A stretch of 54,687 nucleotides of DNA from a virus (Duplodnaviria; Caudoviricetes): the IMG/VR virus record IMGVR_UViG_3300033067_001389, positions 1 through 54,687 of that record. One strand, written 5' to 3'. Position 1 is the first letter of the stretch; each line of letters starts with the position of its first letter. Positions 54,238 through 54,687 of the stretch are shown here, piece by piece. The notes under the pieces were generated by a model, which saw only the letters and a program-made list of their open reading frames with translations, was not told the origin of the DNA and ran no database searches. The position numbers and the translations under genes were made by a program.

Positions 54238-54266
54238 TTTATCGGTTATTGATAAACCGGCGTCAA
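54238..54266 (-). promoter_or_regulatory. early promoter TTGACG-N17-GATAAA
   Basis: Variant box TATCAATAAC in the spacer and TACCAACAAC at 54210-54219. Confidence 0.75.
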
Positions 54267-54419
54267 GTCCATTCGGGAAAAATCTGAAAACATTTCCAGA
54301 TTATTTTCGACATCCCCCGGACTCCCCCCGTCCCGACCTTGCGTTTCGCGACGTCTCGCGTGTTATATTGCCAACAAATCACGGCATTTTTCGACGAATT
54401 TTCAGGCGGGGCGAAATCG

Positions 54420-54687
54420 ATGCGATGGAATGATGATTTCTGGTATCGAATCCCGGACTTAGTCGCGTCCGGAATGTCGAAAAATGCGGTTGCGGCAGCG
54501 CTGGGGACGACCGCGAAAACCGTCACAAAATGGGTGCAGTCGCGACCAATTTTGGCGAAGCGCGTGAAAGAAATTCGCGCTCAGCGCGCCGAAAAAGGTG
54601 TCGAGACGTTTTTCGAATATGTCCACAAAACACTACCGCCCGAACTGGTCCCGATCTGGAATCAAATCGTCAGCAGCGGTAACGACC
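54420..54687 (+). CDS. N-terminal HTH protein, probable terminase small subunit (truncated by the window end)
   Basis: MRWNDDFWYRIPDLVASGMSKNAVAAALGTTAKTVTKW... HTH; divergent from early genes; extended -10 TGnTATATT at 54361-54369. Confidence 0.55.
   Translation, partial: MRWNDDFWYRIPDLVASGMSKNAVAAALGTTAKTVTKWVQSRPILAKRVKEIRAQRAEKGVETFFEYVHKTLPPELVPIWNQIVSSGND

Noticed and set aside
1-54687. tRNA genes or stop-codon reassignment
   Set aside because: No cloverleaf was noticed by eye in the few intergenic gaps (tRNAscan-SE would be decisive), and genes are intact and tightly packed under the standard code.

Overview
The window is most of a tailed dsDNA bacteriophage genome (siphovirus-like: tape measure and tail tube, no sheath). 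No integrase, terminase large subunit or endolysin is recognisable. The + strand (about 1.0-28.8 kb) carries the virion module: DUF1073-type portal, a 1.5-kaa MuF head-morphogenesis protein with kinase-like and ART-like extensions, a CsrA homologue, a holin-like gene, DUF2213 protease, decoration and major capsid proteins, neck, tail tube, frameshifted tail chaperones, tape measure, a Cys/Thr-rich mucin-like protein, and a glycosyltransferase/methyltransferase cluster. A sulfotransferase-like gene lies among the neck genes. The - strand (28.9-54.2 kb) carries a large replication/recombination module (split Rad50 plus Mre11, AAA ATPase, resolvase, 5'-3' exonuclease, RecA, SSB, UvsY-like, clamp loader, split PolA with UDG and MazG-like genes, beta clamp, DnaB, initiator with iterons, primase, SNF2 helicase) and small early genes under near-identical sigma70 promoters (four there, a fifth at the window start). 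A probable terminase small subunit starts at the right edge. Highlights: (1) a complete type I hammerhead ribozyme between two early genes; (2) a phage CsrA next to a perfect CsrA consensus site covering the ribosome-binding site of the holin-like gene; (3) a candidate virion O-glycosylation system pairing Thr tracts in structural proteins with several modifying enzymes; (4) a two-effector MuF protein; (5) a TACCAAYAAC box shared by early and late promoters. All protein calls come from motifs recognised by eye; no database searches were run. A Planctomycetota host is a weak inference.
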